DNA of 64,000 nucleotides from assembly GCA_963796455.1 (NCBI GenBank), contig CAWCLO010000010.1, positions 640,001 to 704,000 of the forward strand, read 5' to 3'. A program made the position numbers and the translations under genes. Below, piece after piece: positions 30,821 to 40,148 of the stretch. The stretch is from Candidatus Sulfomarinibacteraceae bacterium. GTDB taxonomy: Bacteria; Acidobacteriota; Thermoanaerobaculia; Thermoanaerobaculales; Sulfomarinibacteraceae. Each line of letters opens with the position of its first letter. Within the stretch, counting starts at the first letter, position 1. Below the pieces are notes generated by a model. The model was not told the origin of the DNA. It saw nothing but the letters and a program-made list of their open reading frames with translations, and ran no database searches.

Positions 30821-31048
30821 CAGGGTTCTCGAGATGAGATCAGGAGATCAAAGCGCCGCAAATCGAGGCCGGCGAAGGTTTTGAAAGAAATGAGGGCTGA
30901 GGCAGGGTCGTCAGGGAGGCGCCAAGTAACTTGGCAGAATTTCTGGCAGTTGTTCACCTCCTTGGCAGCGGGAGGGAAAACGCTTTGCTTCGTTGCACGG
31001 GCGGCCGACCCGAAAACAACCGACCGCTATACTGCTTGCGGAGGCCCC

Positions 31049-32488
31049 ATGTCTTCTCTCGACCATTTTGATCATCCTCTGACCGGGCGCTACGCGTCTC
31101 CTGAAATGCAACGGCTCTTTTCCACCGGCCACCGCTATACGACCTGGCGGCGGATGTGGCTGGCTCTTGCAGAGGCCGAGCGCGAGCTCGGACTCGATAT
31201 TCCCGGTGAGGCCATCGAGCAGATGCGTGCCAATCTGGAATTGACCGAAGACGATCTGGTGCGGGTCAAGGAATACGAGAAACGCACCCGGCACGATGTG
31301 ATGGCCCACCTCGAGGCCTTTGCCGACCGTGCCCCGGCTGCGAAACCGATCCTCCACCTCGGGGCGACCTCGGCCTTTGTCGGTGACAATGCCGAGCTTT
31401 TGATCACCCGCGACGCCCTCGATCTCGTCATGACGCGGGTGCTGTCGGTCATCGATGCCCTGGCGCGTTTTGCTGAAAAATGGGCCGACGAACCAACCCT
31501 CGGGATGACCCATTTCCAGCCGGCTCAGCCCACCACCGTGGGCAAACGGGCCACCTTGTGGTTGCACGAGTATCTGCTCGATCTCGAACGTTTGGGTTTC
31601 GAGCGCGACCGGCTCAAATTGCGCGGCGCCAAGGGCACCACCGGCACCCAGGCCACTTTCCTCGATCTTTTCGATGGCGACCACGCCAAGGTTCGGGAGC
31701 TCGACCGCCTGGTGGCCGAAAAAGTCGGCTTTGGCAGCTGCTACCCGGTGACCGGCCAGACCTACTCGCGCAAGGTCGATGCCTTTGTTGTCGATGGCCT
31801 CTCCGGGGTCGCGCAGTCATCGGCGAAGCTGGCCACCGATATCCGCCTCCTGGCGAGGCTCAAAGAGGTCCGCGAGCCGATGGCCTCTGGACAGGTTGGG
31901 TCTTCGGCCATGCCATACAAGGCCAACCCGATGAGGTCGGAACGCGTCACGGCCCTGGCTCGGTGGTTGATGAACATGGCCGCCAACCCTGCCCAGACGG
32001 CCGCGGGCCAATGGCTCGAACGTACCTTGGACGATTCGGCCAACCGCCGGATGGCCTTGCCCGAGGCCTTTCTGTCGGCCGACGCTATATTGAGGGTCGT
32101 GCACAACGTGGTCGACGGTCTGCAGGTCTTTCCCGCCATGGTGGCGCGCAACCTGGCGGAAGAGCTGCCGCTGATGGCCTCGGAAGCCATCCTGATGGAG
32201 GGCGTGCAACGGGGCGGTGACCGGCAAGCCTTGCACGAGCGACTGCGGGTTCACTCACGAACAGCCGCCCACGTCGTCCTGGCCGAAGGCGGCGAGAACC
32301 CCTTCATCTCACTGATTGCCGACGATCCTGCAGTTCCGCTGGATCGCGCCGAACTCGAGGCGCTTCTCGAACCGGTGCGCTTTATCGGCCGCGCTCCCGA
32401 GCAGGTGCGGGAGTTTCTCGAAGAACACGTTCGTCCGATCCTCGCAGAAGCCGGTGATCTTCCCGAAGCGCGCGATCTGGACGTCTAA
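31049..32488 (+). CDS. purB: Adenylosuccinate lyase
   Basis: RYASPEM, RHDVMAH, HLGATS, THFQPAQPTTVGKR, GSSAMPYKANPMRSE. Confidence 0.93.
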   Translation: MSSLDHFDHPLTGRYASPEMQRLFSTGHRYTTWRRMWLALAEAERELGLDIPGEAIEQMRANLELTEDDLVRVKEYEKRTRHDVMAHLEAFADRAPAAKPILHLGATSAFVGDNAELLITRDALDLVMTRVLSVIDALARFAEKWADEPTLGMTHFQPAQPTTVGKRATLWLHEYLLDLERLGFERDRLKLRGAKGTTGTQATFLDLFDGDHAKVRELDRLVAEKVGFGSCYPVTGQTYSRKVDAFVVDGLSGVAQSSAKLATDIRLLARLKEVREPMASGQVGSSAMPYKANPMRSERVTALARWLMNMAANPAQTAAGQWLERTLDDSANRRMALPEAFLSADAILRVVHNVVDGLQVFPAMVARNLAEELPLMASEAILMEGVQRGGDRQALHERLRVHSRTAAHVVLAEGGENPFISLIADDPAVPLDRAELEALLEPVRFIGRAPEQVREFLEEHVRPILAEAGDLPEARDLDV

Positions 32489-32494
32489 CTTGAC

Positions 32495-32599
32495 TTCGGA
32501 TTTCGGATTTCGGATTTCGGATTTGAGTCCCCCTGGCGCCGGCGGACAGGGGGGGGGTGGTCGGGAAATTCGAAATTCGAAATTCGAAATTCGAATTTG
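32495..32599. repeat. Inverted heptamer arrays TTCGGAT x4 ... GAAATTC x4
   Basis: Perfect arrays at 32495-32522 and 32565-32592, plus GAATTTG. Confidence 0.9.
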
Positions 32600-33306
32600 C
32601 CGCGATCAGCATTCTTCTCGTCATGGCAGTCGGTTGCGCCCACCGCGGCAGCAGTGGTGGCGGCCGCGACCCCATGGCCGGTCCGTCCCTTTCCAGCCCT
32701 CATCAACCGGCTCGTGAGGCGGAGTCGGTGGAAGAGGGTTGGACCGAAAAGGGCATCGCGTCGTGGTATGGCGATCCCTATCACGGACGGCAGACCGCCT
32801 CGGGCGAAATCTACGACATGCATGAGATGACAGCAGCCCACAAGACGCTCGTTTTTGGTTCGTTGGTCAAGGTCAACCGCCGCGACACCGGCGCTGATGT
32901 CACCGTTCGAATCAACGATCGTGGACCCTTCATCGAGGGGCGGATTATCGATTTGTCCTTTGCCGCGGCAAAGAAGATCGGTCTCGATGTGGACGGCATC
33001 GCGCCGGTCAAAATCAAAGTCATCGGGCAAAGGGATCCGCCGCGCCGATCCTCTGCGCCACCACCCGTTCCGATCGAGGAGGCGTGCTTCTGGGTCCAGG
33101 TGGGAGCCTTTTCTGAACGTGGTCGGGCCGCCCGCGCGGAGGACGAGCTGGACCGTTCGGGTGAGGACGCCATCGTGCTCGAGGGGCTGGATGATCTGTG
33201 GAGGGTTCGCTTGGGGCCCTTTGATGATGAGCGGGAGGCCGAACGCACCCGCAACCGGGTGACCAATGACTGGCCCGGCGCTCAGGTTGTGCCGTGTGGG
33301 GGCTGA
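32557..33306 (+). CDS. rlpA: Septal ring lytic transglycosylase RlpA (DPBB and SPOR domains) lipoprotein
   Basis: GIASWYG..HGRQTASGE, TAAHKTL, VRINDRGPF..GRIIDLS; SPOR VQVGAF...RVRLGPF; lipobox AVGC; start uncertain. Confidence 0.88.
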   Translation: MVGKFEIRNSKFEFAAISILLVMAVGCAHRGSSGGGRDPMAGPSLSSPHQPAREAESVEEGWTEKGIASWYGDPYHGRQTASGEIYDMHEMTAAHKTLVFGSLVKVNRRDTGADVTVRINDRGPFIEGRIIDLSFAAAKKIGLDVDGIAPVKIKVIGQRDPPRRSSAPPPVPIEEACFWVQVGAFSERGRAARAEDELDRSGEDAIVLEGLDDLWRVRLGPFDDEREAERTRNRVTNDWPGAQVVPCGG

Positions 33307-33341
33307 TTCGTCGAAATCGGTTCCCAATGCTCGATTCGGTC

Positions 33342-33456
33342 TTTCGAGTTAGTTTTGATGTTTGAGTTATGAGTTTTGAGTTGAGGACTCAGCGCTCCTT
33401 TCTCGCCGAAGGGACAGGTGATAACTCAAACCTCAAACCTCAAAACTCAAAACTGA
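33342..33456. repeat. Inverted heptamer arrays (TTTTGAG-type ... CTCAAAM-type)
   Basis: TTTGAGTTATGAGTTTTGAGTTGAG versus ATAACTCAAACCTCAAACCTCAAAACTCAAAACT. Confidence 0.85.
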
Positions 33457-33482
33457 GCCAGGGTGTTGCTACCATCACCCCG

Positions 33483-35348
33483 ATGTTGAAGACGCCACTT
33501 TGCCGCTTCGCCCTACCGTGCCTCGCCGGAACCCTCTCCCTCGCCTTCGCCTGTCAACAAACAGCGCCGCCGGAAGATGTCCGGGCAGAGCGGGTCGTGA
33601 TGGTGTCCTATGATTCGGTGGGCGCCGAGGTGGCCTGGCAGTGGATTGAAGACGGGACTGCAGCTTCGGTGGACGGCCTCCGGGGGCTGGCCGAAAACGG
33701 GCTTTCCGCCGAGCGGATGCGACCGGTGGATCCGACCTTGACGGCTGTGCAGCATCTGACCCTGGCCACCGGCCGTGATGCTTCGGGGACGGGTGTGGTC
33801 AGCAATACATACCGCACCCCGGGCACCCCGATGGGTGCGTGGGTCTCAGGTTTTTCGGCCTCCAGTACAGCCCCACCCTTGTGGGTTGTGGGTCGCGACA
33901 ATGGTCTCAAAGTAGCCACCCTGATGTGGCCGGGGGCCGACGGCGGAGCGCCCGACAGAATGGGCGATTTCGGTGCGGTGTGGCCCGGTCCGGCGGTTTC
34001 GCCGTCGGAGATTTTTGCCTTCGCGCCCGAAGACGCCGAGACCACCGGGGAAGTGCCGTCGAACGACGGTCTGCCGGCTCTGCTGTGGCGGTTGGAGATC
34101 GATCTCGGCGCCTCGACACCGAATCAAGTCGAAACCCTGGTCGCGCTGGTGGATGCCGATCCCGACGGTCAGCCTCGCTATAACTCGGTGGCGACATCGG
34201 TCGTCGGTACCGATGAATGGACCTATGCGGGAGAGATGGAATGGCTCGAAATCTCCTTTGACGCCCAGGGGCCGAACGACACACGGCCGCGCCGCTATGG
34301 CGCCTGGTCGAAGATTCTCTTCATCGATCGTTTGTCGGGCAACCTGCGTTTCTTTCGAGGTGGCGCCAACCGGCTGACGGCCTACCCGGAAGAATTCGAA
34401 GATCGTCTCGCCGAGGCAATCGGTCCGTGGCCGGGAGAGGCCGATTCCTGGATGGTTGCTGATTGGTGGCTCGATCTCGACAAGGGCGTCGATCTGGACA
34501 CCTTTATCGAACAGGGAGAACGGCTCGACCGCTATCTCGATCGGATGGCGGAGTACGTGCTCGAAAACGAGGACGCCGATCTTTTGTTCGTCTATCACTC
34601 GGCGGTGGACGTCTACCAACATGCGAGCCTCATCGTGGATCCCCTGCAGTGGGCCCACAGTCCGGGGAGGGCACTGGCGGCCCGCGAAGGACTCAAGCGT
34701 CTGGGGCGCTCGGTCGATGCGTCGATCAGCTCGATGTGGAAGGCTCTCGACCCGGAGACGGACGCTCTGGTGGTGGTGTCGGACCACGGCCAGCTGCCGA
34801 TTCACGATCTGGTGCGGCCCAATCGAGCCCTTGCCGACGCTGGGCTGGTCAAGACCGGTGCAGAGGGCGGTCGTCTGCGTTTTGCCGTCGACACGCCGAT
34901 GGTTGCCGTATCGAGTGCTGCCACGATCCATCTCTATCTCAACCTCGAGGGGCGCGAGCCGACCGGTGTCGTGTCCCCCCGTGCAGCCGCCGCCTATCTC
35001 AATCGGGCGGCCCGGGTCTTCGCCGATCTCGAATCCGATGGACAACCAGTTGTCGAGCGCGTCCTCAGCCGCGAGGAAGCGGCGGAGATCGGTCTCGATC
35101 ACCCCAATAGCGGCGACCTGGTGGTCTTCCTGGCTCCGGGGTTCACCTCCTCGAACAGTCTTGCCGAACCCGTCATCGAGCCGAGCCGCTATTACGGCCA
35201 GCACGGTTTCCTGGCGGCGCACGACGAGATGTGCGGCATGCTTTTCGCCCGTGGAGTGGGCATTCAGCGGACCCGGATCGACGAGGTTCCGGTCACCGAC
35301 GTGGCGCCGATGATCGCCCGTTGGTTGGGCTTCGAGCTTCCCGACTGA
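33483..35348 (+). CDS. Alkaline-phosphatase-superfamily nucleotide pyrophosphatase/phosphodiesterase lipoprotein
   Basis: Lipobox AFAC; VSYD, PTLT..H, DVYQH, VSDHG and GQHG metal/nucleophile motifs. Confidence 0.8.
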   Translation: MLKTPLCRFALPCLAGTLSLAFACQQTAPPEDVRAERVVMVSYDSVGAEVAWQWIEDGTAASVDGLRGLAENGLSAERMRPVDPTLTAVQHLTLATGRDASGTGVVSNTYRTPGTPMGAWVSGFSASSTAPPLWVVGRDNGLKVATLMWPGADGGAPDRMGDFGAVWPGPAVSPSEIFAFAPEDAETTGEVPSNDGLPALLWRLEIDLGASTPNQVETLVALVDADPDGQPRYNSVATSVVGTDEWTYAGEMEWLEISFDAQGPNDTRPRRYGAWSKILFIDRLSGNLRFFRGGANRLTAYPEEFEDRLAEAIGPWPGEADSWMVADWWLDLDKGVDLDTFIEQGERLDRYLDRMAEYVLENEDADLLFVYHSAVDVYQHASLIVDPLQWAHSPGRALAAREGLKRLGRSVDASISSMWKALDPETDALVVVSDHGQLPIHDLVRPNRALADAGLVKTGAEGGRLRFAVDTPMVAVSSAATIHLYLNLEGREPTGVVSPRAAAAYLNRAARVFADLESDGQPVVERVLSREEAAEIGLDHPNSGDLVVFLAPGFTSSNSLAEPVIEPSRYYGQHGFLAAHDEMCGMLFARGVGIQRTRIDEVPVTDVAPMIARWLGFELPD

Positions 35349-35399
35349 TTGACAGGCGTTGATTTAGGCTCGCCGAATCGATTCACTCTCGGCTAGAAC

Positions 35400-35427
35400 T
35401 TAACAGCAGCTTTACACCGCGTTCACT
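35400..35427 (+). promoter_or_regulatory. Pho-box-like direct repeats
   Basis: TTAACA (35400), TTTACA (35411), TTCACT (35422) at exact 11-bp period before the porin-pst operon. Confidence 0.65.
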
Positions 35428-35508
35428 GCACCATCATTCGTGCCCTCCAGTATTCAGGTGCGGCCACCAGCTTCTGAGCACCGGTTGGCCGAAATGAAGG
35501 AGGACTTC

Positions 35509-36819
35509 ATGAGTCGACGAGCGGTGTTGTTCATTCTGGTGTTGATCTTCGCCACCTCGATTGCGAGTGTCGGAGCCCAGGAAGCGGATCTCGATCCTCT
35601 GCTTCAGCTTCTGGTCGAACAGGGTGTGATCACCATGGAACAAGCCCTTGCGGTGCAGGCCGAATACGACCGCCGCAGTGTGGCCGAGCAGGCACCGGCG
35701 GTGGCGCCTCCGCAATCGGTGGAGATGACCCCACCCGAACCCCCGGTCCAAGCGGCTGCTGAACCGGATACCGAGGCCAAGTCCGAGAAGTGGTACGACC
35801 GCATCGACTTCAAGGGCGACCTCCGTTTGCGGGGTGAGTTCTTCTTTGTCGACGGCATTTCAAACAACGACCGTCGCGAACGCTACCGCGCGCGAATCCG
35901 ACCGGGAATCTCTACCGACATCACCGACTGGATGTCCGTCGGGCTCCAGTTGCGCAGTGGTGATCCGCTCGATCCCGTCTCAGACAATTCGAGCCTCGAC
36001 GGTGGCTTCAGCCTGATTCCGATCAATATTTCGGAAGGATATGCGGCCTTCGATATTGCCAAATTCTTCGATCTCACGATCGGTAAATTCGATCCGAAAA
36101 AGAAGTGGACCGCCACTGATTTCCAATGGGATGACGATGTCACCGTCGAGGGCAGCATGCAGGAATGGTCGGTCAGTGCTCTCAAGGCATCGACTTATCA
36201 GTTCGTGCTCGAAGAATCCGGGAGCTCCGCTGACTCGTACATTTTCGGCGCACAGGCCGAGGCTACGATCAAGACGGACTCAACCGGGACCTTCACCTTC
36301 GGCGCTGGCTACGACGACTGGCAGAATCCGCAGAAGGTGGCGGATCTCACGTTGAACGGCAAGCTGCATGGCAACCGGGTGACCAATCTGCTCGATGAGA
36401 ACGACCAGCTGATCTCGGATTTCAACATCGCCAACGCCTTCGTCACCTGGAGCGGCGCCATCAACGAGAACTGGCCGGTCAAGTTCCACCTCTTCGGTTA
36501 TTACAACACCGGAGCCCAGGGACTCGGCAAGGACTACAACAAGGGCTATTTTGTCCGGCTCCAATTCGGTGACTACAAAAAGCCCTACCAGATCGCATTC
36601 CGCGCCTCCCGCTATTACTCCGAGCCCGATGCGCTCTTTTATGTCTTTGCACAGTCGGACACCACCATGGCCTCGGATGTCGATGGCTATCGCCTCGATT
36701 TTCGGATGGGCTTCGTCAAAAAATCTTTTTTCAACGTCACCTGGTACCACACCAAACCGGTGTATTCGATCTTCCCGACCATGGACCGTCTCCAGGTCGA
36801 CTACATCATCGTTTTTTAG
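35509..36819 (+). CDS. Putative outer-membrane porin, probably phosphate-related
   Basis: Signal peptide, LLVEQGVIT N-terminal motif, FKGDLRLR, amphipathic beta strands, C-terminal F. Confidence 0.75.
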   Translation: MSRRAVLFILVLIFATSIASVGAQEADLDPLLQLLVEQGVITMEQALAVQAEYDRRSVAEQAPAVAPPQSVEMTPPEPPVQAAAEPDTEAKSEKWYDRIDFKGDLRLRGEFFFVDGISNNDRRERYRARIRPGISTDITDWMSVGLQLRSGDPLDPVSDNSSLDGGFSLIPINISEGYAAFDIAKFFDLTIGKFDPKKKWTATDFQWDDDVTVEGSMQEWSVSALKASTYQFVLEESGSSADSYIFGAQAEATIKTDSTGTFTFGAGYDDWQNPQKVADLTLNGKLHGNRVTNLLDENDQLISDFNIANAFVTWSGAINENWPVKFHLFGYYNTGAQGLGKDYNKGYFVRLQFGDYKKPYQIAFRASRYYSEPDALFYVFAQSDTTMASDVDGYRLDFRMGFVKKSFFNVTWYHTKPVYSIFPTMDRLQVDYIIVF

Positions 36820-36902
36820 TCTATGAAGATTTCGACCCTGATTCACCGTGGCGTCCACTCGGAATCCGAGCGGTGCGTCGCATGGCCGTGCAAGGAGAAA
36901 TA

Positions 36903-37877
36903 ATGAGAAATTCAAAGGGTGTTTTCGTTTGCATCGTAATTCTGGTGGCGGCGACCACCGCCCTGGCCTCGGGGCCGACTCTCGACCCCGCATTGCCGAA
37001 GTACGGAAAGGTCGACGGCCTGCGCGGCACCCTCAACGCCGCCGGCTCGGACACCATGCTCGAGCTCCAGACCCTGATGGCCGAGGAGTTCCGCAAGCTC
37101 TATCCGCAGGTCAAGATCCAGGTCGAGGGCAAAGGCTCGTCGACCGCTCCTCCGGCTCTGATCGAGGGGACCGTGCAACTCGGTGACATGTCGCGCAAAA
37201 TGAAAAACAAAGAGGTTGATGCATTCGAGGAGGCCTTTGGCTACGAGCCGACCCGCTTCGACGTGGCGCTCGACACCCTCGCGGTCTTTGTCAACAAGGA
37301 CAACCCCGTCGAAGCGCTGAGCATCGAAGAGGTGGACGCGATTTTCTCCAAGACCAGAAAATGCGGTGCCGCATCCGATGTCAGTACCTGGGGCCAGCTC
37401 GGTCTCGGCGGGCGCTTTGCCACCGCTCCAACATCGCTCTACGGTCGCAACGCGGCTTCGGGAACCTACGGATATTTCAAGCAGCATGCCCTCTGCAAGG
37501 GTGACTACAAGGATTCGGTCAAGGAGCAGCCGGGGTCGGCTTCGGTGGTTCAGGGGATCGAAAAGGATGCTTATGGAATCGGCTATTCGGGGATCGGATA
37601 TGCCACATCCGGCGTGCGCGCCGTGCCACTTTCGGCAAAAAAAGGACAGCCGGCCGTCGCCGCTTCGTCCGAAAACGCTGCCAACGGGTCGTATCCGCTG
37701 GCGCGGTTTCTCCACATCTACGTCAACAAGCCGCCGTCAAAGACCCTTGATCGGCTCACTGCCGAATACCTGCGGTTCATCCTCTCCGCGGAAGGGCAGC
37801 GGGTCATCATCAAGGCGGGCTTCGATCCATTGGACGCCAAGACTGCAGCTCAACAGTTCGCCAAGATCGGCGGCTGA
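36903..37877 (+). CDS. pstS: Phosphate ABC transporter substrate-binding protein
   Basis: AGSDT, GKGSSTA, MSR, GRNAASGTY, YPLARFL. Confidence 0.93.
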   Translation: MRNSKGVFVCIVILVAATTALASGPTLDPALPKYGKVDGLRGTLNAAGSDTMLELQTLMAEEFRKLYPQVKIQVEGKGSSTAPPALIEGTVQLGDMSRKMKNKEVDAFEEAFGYEPTRFDVALDTLAVFVNKDNPVEALSIEEVDAIFSKTRKCGAASDVSTWGQLGLGGRFATAPTSLYGRNAASGTYGYFKQHALCKGDYKDSVKEQPGSASVVQGIEKDAYGIGYSGIGYATSGVRAVPLSAKKGQPAVAASSENAANGSYPLARFLHIYVNKPPSKTLDRLTAEYLRFILSAEGQRVIIKAGFDPLDAKTAAQQFAKIGG

Positions 37878-40148
37878 ATGCGCCGATTCTTGACCGAGCG
37901 CCGCAAGGACCAGCTCGCCACCGTGCTCATTCGCACCGGTGGCCTGCTGGTGATCCTGGTGGTGGTCGGGATCGTGATCAACATCGGGTCGGAGGCGCTG
38001 CCGCTCTTCCGAAGCGCTTCGGCCGGCCCGATCGAACGACTCGAAAGCGGTGTCCGGCCGCTTCTGGCAGGGAGCGATCCCCGGCGCGAGCTCGTGTGGG
38101 TCCTCGGACACGACGGTCTGATTCGGTTTCCCGACTCTGATGGGCTGTCGCCGCTCGAGATCTTTGACGACATGGAGCCCACCCTGACCGCCGGAGACCA
38201 CGAAATCCACGGGCTTGTGTCGGTCATTACCAAAGACGGCAGGGTGGCGGTCGGGCAGATCCGTTTTCGCGACGACTGGCAGGGGGAGACGCGGGTCACC
38301 ACGGCCCGGTGGCGGCCATCGGCCGACGCGCTGGAGCTCGGCGACGGAGTCTGGACCGGAATCACCGCCAACGGCGATGAAGACGGCAACCTCCTGGTGG
38401 CGGCCTGGGGCGAGTCCGGCGATTTCGATCTCGTCTATTGGGATTCCGAGGACGAGGCCTGGAATCGGTGGGCAGCTCCCGGCCAGCCGGGTGGGGTGCT
38501 CGGTGCCGCCGTCGCAGAAGGTCTCGATAACTTGGCGGTGGTCGATGCCGCGGGCACGATGCGCCTCTATCGCCTGCCTTCCCTGAACCCGGCGACAGTC
38601 CTCAGTGGCGAGCGGGTCATCTCGACTCTGCGGTTCCTGATTGGTGGCGGGACCCTGGTCGCCGCCGGAGGAGATGGTTCGATCGACGTCTTTCTCGAGG
38701 TCCCGCGTGTCACGGTGGAGAACACCGGAGACGGGAGCTTCAAGGTGGCAGGCACGCGCCTCGCGCCGGGAGAGTCGGTGGTGGTGCCCGACGATGAGAT
38801 CGGTCGCAAGCTGGCGTCCCGGAACGATGTGAACGTATCGGCAGCACCTACCCAGTGGACACCGGTACGAAGCCTCGACGGGCCGCAGTCTCGGCCGACG
38901 GTCATTGCCGCTGCCAGCCGGCGGAGGGGATTCGCGGTCGCGGCGGCCGACGGCTCGGTTGGGCTCTACTACTCCACCTCGGGCCGCAGGTTGATGGTGG
39001 ATCCGTGGACCGATGGGCCGATCAGCAACCTGGCCATCGACCCGAAGAGCGACGGGGCCGTAGCCGTGGCCGGCCATACGGTGATGCGCCGCGCCATCGA
39101 CAACCCCCATCCTGAGATCAGCTTCCGCACGCTCTTTCTGCCTGTCTGGTACGAAGGGTATGCGGGTAAAAAATGGGTGTGGCAGTCGACCGGGGGATCG
39201 GACGCCTTCGAGCCCAAGCTCAGCGTCTGGCCGTTGATCTTCGGCACCCTCAAGGCGACCCTGTACGCCATGCTCTTTTCGCTGCCCTTGGCCCTGATGG
39301 CGGCGGTCTATGTTTCGCAGCTCGCGCCGAGCTGGCTACAATCGATCGTCAAACCAACTCTCGAGTTGATGGCGGCGGTGCCCTCGGTGGTGGTCGGTTT
39401 TCTCGCCGCTCTGTGGTTGGCTCCGCGGCTTGAAACGGCTCTTTTCGCGGTCCTTCTGGGGATCTTCGCCCTGCCCCTCGCCATTATCCTGGCCCTCGGT
39501 TTCTGGCGCATGTTGCCGACCGATTTTCGCCGGAGACTGCCCGACGGCGCCGAACTTCTCGTTCTTTTTGCTGCGGGCTCGGCAGTGGTCGCCGCGCTCG
39601 CCCTGGTCGCCGGCCCGATCGAGAGCCGTTTCTTCAACGGAGACTTCCAGCGTTTTCTCTTCACCGAGTGGGGCATGCGGTATGACCAGCGCAACAGCAT
39701 CGTGGTGGGTCTCGCCCTCGGCTTTGCGGTCATTCCGGTGATCTTTACCATTGCCGAGGACGCCTGCTCGGCGGTGCCGCGAGCGCTGGTCAACGCCAGC
39801 CGGGCCCTTGGAGCTACCCGATGGCAGACCGCCATCCGTTTGGTGGTCCCGGCAGCGAGCCCGGGTCTCTTTGCGGCGGTGATGCTCGGGCTCGGACGCG
39901 CAGTCGGAGAGACCATGATCGTTCTCATGGCCGCCGGCAACACTCCGTTGCTCGATCTTTCGATCTTCAACGGCATGCGGACGATGTCGGCGGCCATTGC
40001 GGTCGAGATCCCGGAAGCGCCGGTCGGCGGCACCCTGTTCCGAGTTCTCTTCCTCACCGGTACGCTTCTCTTTGCCTTCACTTTCGTGCTCACGACGGCG
40101 GCTGATTTTGTCGGCAGCTACCTGCGGAAACGATATGCACGATTCTGA
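37878..40148 (+). CDS. pstC: Phosphate ABC transporter permease PstC (long form with a large soluble insertion)
   Basis: [40 protein letters not shown]. Confidence 0.9.
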   Translation: MRRFLTERRKDQLATVLIRTGGLLVILVVVGIVINIGSEALPLFRSASAGPIERLESGVRPLLAGSDPRRELVWVLGHDGLIRFPDSDGLSPLEIFDDMEPTLTAGDHEIHGLVSVITKDGRVAVGQIRFRDDWQGETRVTTARWRPSADALELGDGVWTGITANGDEDGNLLVAAWGESGDFDLVYWDSEDEAWNRWAAPGQPGGVLGAAVAEGLDNLAVVDAAGTMRLYRLPSLNPATVLSGERVISTLRFLIGGGTLVAAGGDGSIDVFLEVPRVTVENTGDGSFKVAGTRLAPGESVVVPDDEIGRKLASRNDVNVSAAPTQWTPVRSLDGPQSRPTVIAAASRRRGFAVAAADGSVGLYYSTSGRRLMVDPWTDGPISNLAIDPKSDGAVAVAGHTVMRRAIDNPHPEISFRTLFLPVWYEGYAGKKWVWQSTGGSDAFEPKLSVWPLIFGTLKATLYAMLFSLPLALMAAVYVSQLAPSWLQSIVKPTLELMAAVPSVVVGFLAALWLAPRLETALFAVLLGIFALPLAIILALGFWRMLPTDFRRRLPDGAELLVLFAAGSAVVAALALVAGPIESRFFNGDFQRFLFTEWGMRYDQRNSIVVGLALGFAVIPVIFTIAEDACSAVPRALVNASRALGATRWQTAIRLVVPAASPGLFAAVMLGLGRAVGETMIVLMAAGNTPLLDLSIFNGMRTMSAAIAVEIPEAPVGGTLFRVLFLTGTLLFAFTFVLTTAADFVGSYLRKRYARF

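Noticed and set aside
30900..31048. Purine or ZTP riboswitch upstream of purB
   Set aside because: I could not see the conserved aptamer motifs; the dyads fit an enhancer for the divergent sigma-54 promoter better. An Rfam scan would settle it.
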